The notes under the pieces are model-generated. The model was not told where the DNA came from and did no database searches. It was given only the letters and a program-made list of their open reading frames with translations. Made by a program: the position numbers and the translations under genes. A stretch of DNA of 63,481 bases, counting the filler, from Octopus bimaculoides (taxonomy: Eukaryota), in NCBI RefSeq assembly GCF_001194135.2. It is 7 parts of 5 records of this genome, joined end to end, with 100 filler letters (N's around TTAATTAATTAA, not from the genome) between each part and the next. Parts side by side here need not be neighbours in the genome. Positions count along the whole stretch, not along the records: positions 1 to 13,122 come from NC_069004.1; positions 13,223 to 19,712 come from NC_068982.1; positions 19,813 to 27,051 come from NC_068983.1; 4 more parts are not named here. One strand, given 5' to 3'. Numbering within the stretch: position 1 is the stretch's first letter; each line of letters begins with the position of its first letter. Positions 12,601 through 25,269 of the stretch are shown piece after piece.

Positions 12601-13122
12601 TTAGATAGAAATACGGAGTTCATGAAAATTGGAATTTGCTGATGTTGGAGGTGACGAGTTGTAGCGGGAAAAGTTGAAATATAAAAGTACGAAGATAAAA
12701 AGAGATGAAGGTGGGTTGTTTAGTGCGAAGAGTGAAAAATAACCATTTTGGGAACCGCCAACTTACTTCAGGGCAGAGAGCGGGAAAGACAGATATATAA
12801 ATAATAATAAAGGAGTTACGACGCAAAAACGTATAAATTCAAAAGAACATATTTATATTCTTCAATATATATTTCAGTATAAAGAATTCATTAAGATGCT
12901 TAAATCAAAATTTCTTTACACATCATTCAGGAATAAATATAACATCAGAAAAAATACACTCCGTTTAAAAACACAAACCGTTCATGGCGAAAAAATTTCG
13001 ATTCTTGAAGAGTCTGCATACCTTCACTGTCGTTTTTTTCTGCTATTTTGGTGATAATTTTTTAAGTTAGCTTACATTTATTTTTGTTGGTAGTTAATTT
13101 ATAATATATTGATATATATATA

Positions 13123-13222
13123 NNNNNNNNNNNNNNNNNNNNNNNNNNNNNNNNNNNNNNNNNNNNTTAATTAATTAANNNNNNNNNNNNNNNNNNNNNN
13201 NNNNNNNNNNNNNNNNNNNNNN
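13123..13222. other. artificial scaffold join N44-TTAATTAATTAA-N44 (also 19713-19812, 27052-27151, 34869-34968, 45173-45272, 54297-54396)
   Basis: Six identical 100-bp constructs with the same 12-mer centred in Ns. Confidence 0.97.
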
Positions 13223-13731
13223 TATATATATGTATACACTAATATAATATGTGGAAAATGAATAAAGTATAAGGTAGAAAAGACGTGAAAGGAAAAAAAA
13301 TTCACAACTGAGAAAAAAGGGAAAGAGAGAGAGAAAAAGAAAGAGGTGGTATGTGAGACAAACAGACAAATAGATAGAAAACAGAGAGGAAGAGAGAGAG
13401 ACAGACAGAGAGAGGGAAAGAGAGAGGGAATGAGAGAGTGTGGAGAAGAGAGATAGAGCGTAAGAAACGATGAGAAAAATATGTGTAGTGTGCTAATTTA
13501 TAGTTGAGTGGACACAGAAGTTCGGAGGGAATGAAGGAGGTAGAGTAGTGAGGAAAGGTGTGTGTGTATGCATGTGTGTGCATGTGTGTGTGTGTGTTTG
13601 TGTGTGTTTGTGTATGTATACATCTGTGCGCGTCTGGATGTGTGTGTTTAAGTAATTTCTCAATAGGCAAATGATCTAGTTTGAACATTTTGAACAAGAA
13701 AATTGATTTCACTGCACGTGAGTGTGTGTAC

Positions 13732-13785
<54 letters not shown>

Positions 13786-14063
13786 ATATATATATATGCA
13801 TACATACGTACGTACATAAGTATGTACATATGTATGTGCATACATACACTCATGCATACACATACATACATTCATTCATATATACATAAACACATGTATG
13901 TCTATATTATATATATATATATACATACACACACATATATGTGTGTGTATGTGTGTGTGTGTATATATATATATATGTATATGTGTGTGTGTCTCTCTCC
14001 CTGACTCTCTCTCTCTTTCTCTCTCTGTATATACATACATACATATATACATACTTACAAACA

Positions 14064-14096
<33 letters not shown>

Positions 14097-14099
14097 TTT

Positions 14100-14260
14100 T
14101 CTCTGCCTGTTTCTCTCCTTGTTTCTTTCTGTGTTCCTTTCTGTGGAAGAGCGTAGGCTCGAAACGTTAAAGACTTTTTCAATTACCGAGTGTTATACTA
14201 ATACATCTGCTTGTTTTCTACACCAACTGTCTTCGTGTTTTTTTTTCGAATTATTCCTAT
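14100..14260 (+). mobile_element. Penelope-like non-coding repeat carrying a degenerate hammerhead (copies at ~54800-54950 and reverse fragment ~5250-5310)
   Basis: The copies share CTTTCTGT.GAAGAGCGTAGGCTCGAA and the downstream CTAATACATCTG. The Penelope link is inferred from the hammerhead architecture. Confidence 0.6.
14137..14172 (+). ncRNA. degenerate minimal type I hammerhead ribozyme motif
   Basis: Stem I CTTT/AAAG, core CTGTGGA (consensus CUGANGA), stem II GAGC-GTAG-GCTC, GAAA, palindromic AACGTT stem III, then UH. Confidence 0.55.
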
Positions 14261-14492
14261 ATATATATATATTCGAAACATCTAGATAGAATAGAGACAG
14301 CTGATGAAGGGATATTCCAAGTGGCTTTCCGTTTTCCTATGTGTTCGTTCCGTTGTCTGTAGTTTATTGTTCTAACGTCCTGTACCCTGATATGCATGTA
14401 TATACACATGTAGATGTAAGTATGTACATATATGTGTGTATACATGTATATATATTCTTTGTATTATATATATATATATATACATATACATA

Positions 14493-14868
14493 CGAGGTGG
14501 CATCAAAAAGTTCCTGGATTAATCTCCTAGAACGCCAACAGATGGCAGCACTCGGTTTCGTGCGCAGTGAGAGCTAGCAGTGACCTTCAATGGGCAGTGT
14601 GCCAAGTGATACCGCTGTCTTTACTTTGCAAGTTGTGAAATTTGTGTTCTTGTGATTGCGTGTATGTTGTAGTTTACGATTTTGTTATGGAGAGAAATAT
14701 GGAACAAAGAAACAATGTTAAATTTTGCGATAAACTCAGGAAGCCTGCTACACAGGTATTGTGCACGATGAAGCAGCAGTCATGACAGTGGAAGAGGCCT
14801 TCATCTCCTCGACCAAAAAAGGCACCACAGAGTCGCAGCTCCATAAAGAGCCTGCTCATCATTCCAAA
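14493..14868 (+). mobile_element. internally deleted mariner: 5' TIR, UTR and fused transposase fragments
   Basis: TA followed by CGAGGTGGCATCAAAAAGTTCC (TIR-like). ATG at 14687 gives MERNMEQRNNVKFCDKLRKPAT, joined in frame to MKQQS*QWKRPSSPRPKKAPQSRSSIKSLLII (the mariner ETKQQS.QW..P.SPRPKK motif). Confidence 0.9.
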
Positions 14869-15200
14869 CATAGAGCTTGTAAACAACGTTATCGAATCGA
14901 AGGTTTTAATTAAAATGACTTAAAAGTTGGGAATGTATTTGTAAATAAAACCCTAACTTTAAATAAAACCCTCGATTCAATAACACTGTGCATAAACACT
15001 ATGCTTAGAATGACCAATTTTAAATACTATTGGAACTTACTCACAAGGTACAGGAATCTTATATGTATACCATTCTGCTTAAATAATGGAACTGAAAATA
15101 CAATGTCCCTGCATATCTCACGTTTACTTCCATTCCTCCACTTCACTCTCTATTTCATATCTTATCTAAAATAACTATTGCTTAACCATTTTCTCACACC

Positions 15201-15248
15201 GTCTCCGATGAAGGGATATATAAAATATCCCGGAAACAGCTGTAAGAC
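15201..15248 (+). ncRNA. degenerate minimal type I hammerhead ribozyme motif (Penelope-type)
   Basis: GTCT-CCGATGA-AGGGATAT-ATAAA-ATATCCCG-GAAA-CAGCTG-TA-AGAC. All three stems are present and the core has U4 changed to C. Confidence 0.7.
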
Positions 15249-16282
15249 CTATTTATAAATGTTTTGAAATCTTTCACAGCTTTGGATGTTTATCTCATTC
15301 TGTTAATGTTATATATATATATATACACAGAGTGTATATGAACGNNNNNNNNNNNNNNNNNNNNNNNNNNNNNNNNNNNNNNNNNNNNNNNNNNNNNNNN
15401 NNNNNNNNNNNNNNNNNNNNNNNNNNNNNNNNNNNNNNNNNNNNNNNNNNNNNNNNNNNNNNNNNNNNNNNNNNNNNNNNNNNNNNNNNNNNNNNNNNNN
15501 NNNNNNNNNNNNNNNNNNNNNNNNNNNNNNNNNNNNNNNNNNNNNNNNNNNNNNNNNNNNNNNNNNNNNNNNNNNNNNNNNNNNNNNNNNNNNNNNNNNN
15601 NNNNNNNNNNNNNNNNNNNNNNNNNNNNNNNNNNNNNNNNNNNNNNNNNNNNNNNNNNNNNNNNNNNNNNNNNNNNNNNNNNNNNNNNNNNNNNNNNNNN
15701 NNNNNNNNNNNNNNNNNNNNNNNNNNNNNNNNNNNNNNNNNNNNNNNNNNNNNNNNNNNNNNNNNNNNNNNNNNNNNNNNNNNNNNNNNNNNNNNNNNNN
15801 NNNNNNNNNNNNNNNNNNNNNNNNNNNNNNNNNNNNNNNNNNNNNNNNNNNNNNNNNNNNNNNNNNNNNNNNNNNNNNNNNNNNNNNNNNNNNNNNNNNN
15901 NNNNNNNNNNNNNNNNNNNNNNNNNNNNNNNNNNNNNNNNNNNNNNNNNNNNNNNNNNNNNNNNNNNNNNNNNNNNNNNNNNNNNNNNNNNNNNNTATAT
16001 ATACTCACAAGAGTAGGTATAAAGAAGGACTATGCTAATGAGGTAATTGGTTCCTGCAACACGTCACACACGCGCAGATACATTCATTTTGGCACAATTG
16101 ATCAGCAAACTCGGGGAAGTGAGTAAGTCGATTACATGGAAACCGGTACTTGACTGCTCCTTACTTTATCGATCCCGAAAGGATGAAAGGTCTGACGATG
16201 GACATGTTTGAGGTATTTCTCAGCATATGAAACTATTAGCAGCATATAAGAATATGGGTATTGTGTATAATGGAGTATATAG

Positions 16283-16480
16283 TCTTTTACGTGCTTCAGT
16301 CATTTGACTGCGGCCATGCTGGAGCACCGCTTTAATCGAGCAAATCGACCGCAGGACTTATACTTTGTAAGCCTAGTACTTATTCTATCGATATCTTTTT
16401 GCCGAACCGCCAGGCTACGGGGGCGTAGACACACCAGCATCGGTTGTCAAACGATATTGGGGGACAAACACAGACACACA
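16283..16480 (-). mobile_element. 3' half of composite SINE type D
   Basis: Same sequence family as 11073, followed by a microsatellite and then an N gap. Confidence 0.85.
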
Positions 16481-17520
16481 AACATATACACATACATACA
16501 TACATACACACATATATACACACATATATATGCACATGCATATATGTGTGTGTGTATGCATGAGAGTGTATGCGTATACATATATATATGCATGCATATA
16601 TCTGCGTGTAATTATGTAACGGTATATAAATATATTAGTATAAACATACGGACACACTTTATATATATATGTATGTATGTATATTTATTTTTATATATAA
16701 ATATCAGTGTACTTTATATATATATATATATATATATATNNNNNNNNNNNNNNNNNNNNNNNNNNNNNNNNNNNNNNNNNNNNNNNNNNNNNNNNNNNNN
16801 NNNNNNNNNNNNNNNNNNNNNNNNNNNNNNNNNNNNNNNNNNNNNNNNNNNNNNNNNNNNNNNNNNNNNNNNNNNNNNNNNNNNNNNNNNNNNNNNNNNN
16901 NNNNNNNNNNNNNNNNNNNNNNNNNNNNNNNNNNNNNNNNNNNNNNNNNNNNNNNNNNNNNNNNNNNNNNNNNNNNNNNNNNNNNNNNNNNNNNNNNNNN
17001 NNNNNNNNNNNNNNNNNNNNNNNNNNNNNNNNNNNNNNNNNNNNNNNNNNNNNNNNNNNNNNNNNNNNNNNNNNNNNNNNNNNNNNNNNNNNNNNNNNNN
17101 NNNNNNNNNNNNNNNNNNNNNNNNNNNNNNNNNNNNNNNNNNNNNNNNNNNNNNNNNNNNNNNNNNNNNNNNNNNNNNNNNNNNNNNNNNNNNNNNNNNN
17201 NNNNNNNNNNNNNNNNNNNNNNNNNNNNNNNNNNNNNNNNNNNNNNNNNNNNNNNNNNNNNNNNNNNNNNNNNNNNNNNNNNNNNNNNNNNNNNNNNNNN
17301 NNNNNNNNNNNNNNNNNNNNNNNNNNNNNNNNNNNNNNNNNNNNNNNNNNNNNNNNNNNNNNNNNNNNNNNNNNNNNNNNNNNNNNNNNNNNNNNNNNNN
17401 NNNNNNNNNNNNNNNNNNNNNNNNNNNNNNNNNNNNNNNNNNNNNNNNNNNNNNNNNNNNNNNNNNNNNNNNNNNNNNNNNNNNNNNNNNNNNNNNNNNN
17501 NNNNNNNNNNNNNNNNNNNN

Positions 17521-17587
<67 letters not shown>

Positions 17588-18044
17588 GGTTATGATGTAT
17601 CTATCTCATGCGCCATTTTTCTATCCCTGCACCATCCTCTCTATTATACTTCTCTCCTGTACACTTGCTCAATCTCTTCATAGTACATCTCTACCACAAC
17701 CCCGTCTCTCAGTTCCTCCGCCGACTCCACATTCTATTTACCTACTTAATCTATCCTCTCTATCTATTTATCTATCAATATAGTGTTTGGTTCCGCCATA
17801 TTTCCCCACACCTCCTCCAGTGTTGTCTTTGCTGCCTCCGTCGCCACCACCACCGCCACCGCCACCATCATCGGTGCTTCCGCCATCGCCATGATTTATC
17901 TTTTTCTTCTTTATATTTTCTCTGTGCATCATTGTATCTCGGTTAATAATATGCTTGCATGCGTTTATGCATTGAAGTCTCAATGAAGACAAACCTGCCG
18001 AGAAAATCCAATAATGGAACGAGGTTTGCTTTGAATGAAGGAGA

Positions 18045-18048
<4 letters not shown>

Positions 18049-18078
<30 letters not shown>

Positions 18079-18895
18079 AATAATGATACATGATGATAAT
18101 AATAATAATAAATGGTAATAATAATAGTATTAATGATAATAACTGAAAATAATAATAATAATAAAAGTAATAACAATAATGATAATAATAAAATATTAAT
18201 AAAATAATAATAATAATAATAATAGCAACAGCAATAATAATAACAACAACAACAACAACAATAATAATAATTATAATAATAACAATAATAATAATAATAA
18301 CAACAAGGACAACAACAATGATAATAATAATAATAATAATATCAACAGCAACAACAGCAATAATTGCAAAAATAATAGCAATATTAATATTATAGATGCT
18401 AATGATAAAGTTATTAATGCTGCAATTATTAGTAGTATTGGTAGTATTGTGATTGTAATTGGTATTACGATTATTAGCATTTCTAATTTAGACACAAAGC
18501 CTGCAACTTCTGATGGAAGGGCGTCATTGGTTAGCAGGGAATACAGGACTCACTTCATCGGTTCTTAATGTCATCGACCGCACGGAAGGATGAATGGCAA
18601 AGGTAATTAATAAAGATAATAAATGACGACGGTGATGATGATGATGATGACGATGATACTAATTCCATATCATCATCATCATCCTCATCCGCATCACCAT
18701 CATCATCATCATCATCATCGTCATCGTCGTCTTCGACGTCATTATCATCATCATCATCATCGTCATCGTCGTCATCTCCGACGTCATCATCATTATCATC
18801 GTAGTCGTTGTCCTCTTCCTCCCCTCCTCCCATTTTCCTCTTCTTCTTCCTCCTCCTCCTCCTTCTCCTCATCATCATCATCATCGTCATCAATA
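18049..18895. repeat. trinucleotide microsatellite blocks (AAC/AAT/GAT/CAT/CTT)
   Basis: Directly visible. These blocks produce the poly-L/D/H/S ORFs in the track. Confidence 0.95.
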
Positions 18896-18908
18896 TTATC
18901 TTTTCTCC

Positions 18909-19046
18909 TCTGGGCACGAGGCCTGAAATATTGGGGGGAGTGGTGGTGGGGGCATTCGATTAGATCGACTCCAGTACGCAACTGGTACTTAATTTATCGA
19001 CCTCGAAAGGACCAAAGGCAAAGTCAACCTCGGTGGAATTTGAACC
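18909..19046 (-). mobile_element. SINE type C, 5'-truncated
   Basis: GATTAGATCGACTCCAGTACGCAACTGGTACTTAATTTATCGACC matches 9701-9876. Confidence 0.8.
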
Positions 19047-19455
19047 ATCACATGACCGGTAACTTTTGCCACCATATAAGTAAAAATGGCATACATACAT
19101 ACACAAACATACATACATACTGTATCTATAATTTCACTTATATCAAATTTCTTAGTACTTAAACAAAACGATGGAATTAATATCAATTTTCAAAACAAGA
19201 ATATTTTATTATCTTAAAATGAGATTAAATGAAAACAAAACTATTCGAATACATTTTATAACACACACGCACTTAATCTCTCTCTTTCTCTCTCGTATAT
19301 ACATACATACATAAATACATACATGGATATATATGGATAAATATATAAATATATGTGACAATTAGTTGGTTGTCATAATAATTTATCACATATATTTATA
19401 GATAAATTCCTCTATTTTACATAATATCGAGGTTTCAATTATTCTTTTGTTGTCA

Positions 19456-19511
<56 letters not shown>

Positions 19512-20422
19512 GTAGTAGTAGTAGTAGTAGTATATATATATCTTCGATATATGATCATAAATCAGGAAATGAGCATACCCCTATAAAATATAAAGCAGTT
19601 GTTTATTTTCTGTATGTGTAAAGTAACAGTTTAGAAAAAAATCCATTTGCAGAAAACGGTTATCGTTTAGAGAAACTGAAGAGATGCCTCGTTCACGTTA
19701 GATATGAAACCANNNNNNNNNNNNNNNNNNNNNNNNNNNNNNNNNNNNNNNNNNNNTTAATTAATTAANNNNNNNNNNNNNNNNNNNNNNNNNNNNNNNN
19801 NNNNNNNNNNNNTATATATATACACAAACACACACATATATATGTACATATACATTTCTCTCTCGCATCCAGACACACACACACACATATTATATGGGTA
19901 CGTACAATTACGAGTGTATGCACATATATACATACATATCTATACATACATAAATGCTTCTAGATTTATGTATATTTATCTGCATAAAGGAAGGTAAACA
20001 TGTTTTTGGCATATTAAAATATGTTAATCATCTATCTATATTGTGTGTATATATATATCTAACTTGCAGTTATTACGTCAATATATATATATTTATGTAT
20101 GTATCATTTTAATTTTTACTATCCAGTATATATCATTTATTTTCCTTTAGCCGTTTAATCTCATTACTCTGAGTTTTTAGAACATATTTGATGAAGTCTC
20201 GTAGCCCATCATCTTCTGGAAAAGGTCTGGCTCTCTGCAAAATCGCACTTACCTAGGTGCTGCACATCGTGGAATATTCGTATCTATTTATCTATCTATC
20301 TATCTAATTTTATTTTCTTCCCCCTCCCAAAAAGAAAAGCTCTACATTGTATTTGTCCCATCTTTGTTGAGCCCTGTGTGGCTAATGAAAGAAATGTATC
20401 TATCTATCTATCTATCTATCTC

Positions 20423-20463
<41 letters not shown>

Positions 20464-20619
20464 ATGTAAGCATATATACCTACATATATATGCACACATT
20501 TTTGTCATGCATACTTATATACGTCCATGCATTCAAAAATCCATGTACATACATCACTGGTTTTCTATAACATGAAAGAACGAGATCTGTAGGCAAGATG
20601 ATTCTGTGGATACAAATAT

Positions 20620-21365
20620 AAAATTCCACTTTGAAGTGGAAGGTATAATAACTCATAAAATGAAAGAATGCTGCTGAAATTTTCCTATCAAGACTTCAAT
20701 AACATGCAAGCATTACAGGCCAGGCATAATGATCTTGGACTGGGAAAGGAATTTATGCATAGTTATTGAAATCAGTATCCTTGCAGATTTCAACATAATG
20801 ATAAAGATTACCGAAAGGAGAAAGATACATAAATATCTGTGCCAGACTGATGAGAAATCTGTAATTAATCTACCCGGCTAGTGGTTTACGTTTCTACCAG
20901 TAATAACTGGGGCACTTGGGTGTGAGTCTAAACAATTAACTGCGAGTCTGAAGATATTGGATTTCACGAAACTAGAATTAACACGCTCAATTTGGAGATT
21001 ACAGCCAGAACCAATGAACTAGATTGTTAGACTATGTAGAACTTCCGAGAAATTTAGCATGCGATAAGTGCATATACACGTATATATAGATCCGTGCATG
21101 CAATGCCATCTTTGCTTGCATCATTGTATGTGTGTGCACATACATAGGCGTATGTTTAGATGTTTATGCGCATACTTGTATACATACGTGCATGTAACGA
21201 CGCACACATACGTGCATATATACGTACATATAGATATGTATGCCTACGTACATAACTACCCCGGTGATGTTTGAATTCCAATGAAAGAGTCTGGTTTCTA
21301 GGTTAGAAAATACTTCTCTTTCCATTGGTGATAAATATAAAGAAGAAAAATGGGAAACATACATA
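20620..21365 (+). mobile_element. 3' remnant of RLE-bearing LINE (R4/Dong-like), degenerate
   Basis: Translates as NFPIKTSITCKHYRPGIMILDWERNLCIVIEISILADFNI, homologous to the copy at 38790, and shares its 3' UTR end. Confidence 0.8.
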
Positions 21366-21597
21366 AATTCATACTCCCATCGATCGATCGATCCATCTAA
21401 TCTATCCATATATACATACATTACACGCACATACACTCGCTCACAAACACACACACATACTCTTTTATTCCGCTTACATACATACGTACGTACATACATA
21501 CATACATACATACATACATACATACATACATACATACATACGTATATAAGATCCCAAGTTGAGCATGAATGAATTAAAATTCTTAAGGAGAGAATGC

Positions 21598-21923
21598 GTG
21601 GAGGCGCAATGGTGCAGTGGTTAGGGCAGTGGACTCGCGGTTGGAGGATCAGGGTGTCGATTCCCAGACCGGGCGTTGAGTGTGTTTATTGAGCGAAAAC
21701 AGCCAAAGCTCCATGAGGCTCCTGCAGGGGTTGGTAGCGACCCTGTTGTACTCTTTCTCACCAACTTTCTCTCACTCTTTCTTCTTGTTCCTTGAGTAAC
21801 GCTACGATGGACTGGCGTCCCGTCCAGCTGCGGGCGTGGGAGGACACATACGCCATAGAAACCGGGAAACCGGACCCATGAGCCTGGCTAGGCTTTAAAA
21901 GGGCGAGAAAGAAAGAAAGAAAG
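21598..21923 (+). mobile_element. full-length tRNA-derived SINE, head A with tail T2
   Basis: Same head as 10305 but a different 3' half, ending in a (GAAA)n tail. TSD AAGGAGAGAATGC at 21585-21597 and 21924-21936. Confidence 0.92.
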
Positions 21924-23146
21924 AAGGAGAGAATGCAACTTGCTAATTCATTTGCAACAAATATCAAGGTGTCTAAAACGATAAAGAACTGCAAATGCTT
22001 CTTAAGATTTAAATGATGATAAGACAAACAAGATGCTTCCTTTGTAATCTTGAGACCAATATACATACATGCATACATGCATGCATTCATGCATACAAAC
22101 ATGCAAACATACATAATACGTACATTCATACATATATACATACATGCATACAACACTAGTACATTTAGATGGTAGGCCTCCACATTGAGATATCACCGAC
22201 ATGACTTCCAAAGATTGTTTTGAAAAGCCACTGTCTGCGTTATATATATTTACTTGTATATGTATCTTTTTGTATCTAGGTATATATAACATGTATATAT
22301 AATTATGTAAAACACACGCATCCATCCACCCAACACACACACACATATATATACGTATATATATATATATATATNNNNNNNNNNCATTTAGATGGTAGGC
22401 CTCCACATTGAGATATCACCGACATGACTTCCAAAGATTGTTTTGAAAAGCCACTGTCTGCGTTATATATATTTACTTGTATATGTATCTTTTTGTATCT
22501 AGGTATATATAACATGTATATATAGATGCATATCCGGGTATAGGACGTCAAAAAAGGAACGGGAACATAAAGCACAAAAAAACGGACTTTTTTTACAGAC
22601 AATAAAATGAACACATAGGAAAACAGACGCGCCACTTATGGAACTTTTCCTTCATCAGCTGCCTGTATTCTAAACTAGGCGTTTATATATATATATATAC
22701 ACGTATATTTATGTATTTGTCTATCTATCTATACATCTATACTTCTATATCTATATATATATATGCATGTATATATGTAGTGTGCATGCTCCTTTGTTGT
22801 TTTTTTTTTAATTATGTACTTGGATTGTTCTGGAAACAAACAAAGCTCCCTCTCTGGAATGTGGTTAAGAGCGACGAAAAAATGTGATCTCGTGTACTTT
22901 AGAAAAGTCTTACATATTTTTATTGTCTCGTTTACAGATTATATTTATATAAAGTGCACATCACCTGTTTTTTCTCTTCTTGCCTGTTTTTCTCTTCGTG
23001 ACGGACGCTTACACATTTACTAACAAAGCTACGAGCACTTATAATTACTGGTACAAATATGAATCTATAATTTGAGTAGACAGACACACACACACACACA
23101 TTTTCCCAACGGAATATTTATAGACAGTTGTGTGGAAAACAAGCAG

Positions 23147-23204
<58 letters not shown>

Positions 23205-23585
23205 TACTCATATATACACATACATATATTCCCATTTTCATTTTGAGTGTCTACGTGTGAATGTGTATACACAATATAGTCACATACCACAGTCACATAT
23301 ACACAAACCAACGATGGAACATGTATGTGAATGTTCAGCTTGCTGGAAATAGCAACCGATTCTCGCGCCCTCATCAAAATTAATCACCGCTATCTTTAAA
23401 TCGAAGACATAGAACATGTTGCATAATGTACTCCAAGATAGACCATATCAGAAACTAAAAATATATATAAATAAATTATATAAAGATATAAGACGGGACA
23501 GTCGTGGTTGGAATGCTTTTGATCGCAGTCATGTGTTTGATCAGTTTTGAGTAAAAGCTAAACAACAAAAACAACAACAACAGTA

Positions 23586-23656
<71 letters not shown>

Positions 23657-24027
23657 AACCATCGCTACCACTACCACTGTCACCACTATCACTACCACCT
23701 ACCAACGCTTTCACTACCACCGCCACCACTACTACGGCTACTACTACCACCGTCACGCTGCAGACGACAACGGTGAACACCACCACCACCACCACCACTA
23801 CTACTACCATCGTAACAACAATCTAGTCCTTTTTTAATCATATGCATTTTGTGGTGTGCGAGTAATCCAAAGGGCCATCTTTATGACACACACATACATA
23901 CACACATATACACATACATACATACACATACATATACACATACATACATACATACACACACACAAACACCCGTATACACGCACACACACACAAACACACA
24001 CACACACACATACACACGCACACAGCG

Positions 24028-24150
24028 TCACGCTGAGAGTTGCATTAAGAGTACACGTGTCTGTGGAATACTCGACCACATTTTACACGTTAATTTAACG
24101 AGTAGGTAGTTCTGTTGGTTGATCCAACAACTGGAATAGTCATTGTCGTC
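24028..24150 (+). mobile_element. degenerate isolated T1 tail (another at ~26695-26830 on minus)
   Basis: GTACACGTGTCTGTGGA...CACGTTAATTT matches the T1 tail. Confidence 0.65.
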
Positions 24151-24205
24151 GAAGCCACCACCACCACCACCACCACCACCACCACCACCATCCCCGCTGC
24201 TATTG

Positions 24206-24236
<31 letters not shown>

Positions 24237-25229
24237 TGTCATCATAATCATCATCTTTATCCTTATTGCATATCTGAATACAAAGTTATGCACATGCATG
24301 CAACCACATTACACATGGAGTGAATATGCATACATCGTTAAAGTAAGTGCCGAAATTCACACACACATACACACACACAACCCATGCCAAATGTAGTGGG
24401 GGTGGATATGAACGACTAAGTCTTGAAATCTTTCGGGGTGGTGCCCCAGTATGGCCGTAGTCTAATGCTTGTTAACATGTAAGAGTGTTAAAAATTATAT
24501 ACATTAAACTTCATACACGCAAAGGCACATACATACACTGAGAGGAAGAGTGAGAGAATGAGAGAGGGTGAGATGGATAGTGGGAGGGAGAGACAGAGAC
24601 AGAGAGAGATAAGGAGAGAGCGTGAGAGAGTGGTAGGGTGAGAAAAAATAGAGAGAGAGGGAAAAAGAGAAAGGCAACGTGAGAGGCGGAGTGAGTGAAA
24701 AGTAGTCTTTTTGTTTAAACATGTTTTGTTAATTAGTCCCAGGTCAAAATTGATCGAAAAGAATGACCCAAATTAATCTAGCCATTTTTTTCCAGGGGTT
24801 TTGTAGGGCTACATTGTCTAATTTCTAAAACATTCCTATTTCTTAGTTTGGAAGGGATAATTTTTTGATTGCTATTTCCAGCATGCTAAGCGACTTAATA
24901 GGTCATTGCATTACACACAACGTTGCCTGAGGCGCGGCTGTTCGACAGGTCCAAGCAATCACGTGATCCTCATTTACATATAAAACACATGCGCGCGATC
25001 ACAGACATACACACACACACACACACACACATACACACACTCACACACGCACATTTACATACATGAAAAATCACATATATACACATGCTCGTAATTTAAA
25101 CGACTATGCTGAATCTATTTTAATGATTCTAAAAGCCCTCTTTCGAAATCCTGGTTTTGCCCATCATACGCTATCATGTAATGGTATCATGTCATCACAT
25201 AATACTATACGTTATAAAATTTACAAGTT

Positions 25230-25269
<40 letters not shown>

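Noticed and set aside
14265-14320. Permuted hammerhead (GAAAC...CTGATGAAGGG), with a homologue at ~22630-22680 on minus
   Set aside because: Stem II could pair, but stems I and III cannot be closed in either copy. Treated as an ordinary dispersed repeat.
22162-22523. Identical 139-bp direct duplication (22162-22300 and 22385-22523)
   Set aside because: The copies are 100% identical and sit either side of a 10-N gap, so they are most likely unmerged contig or haplotype overlap.
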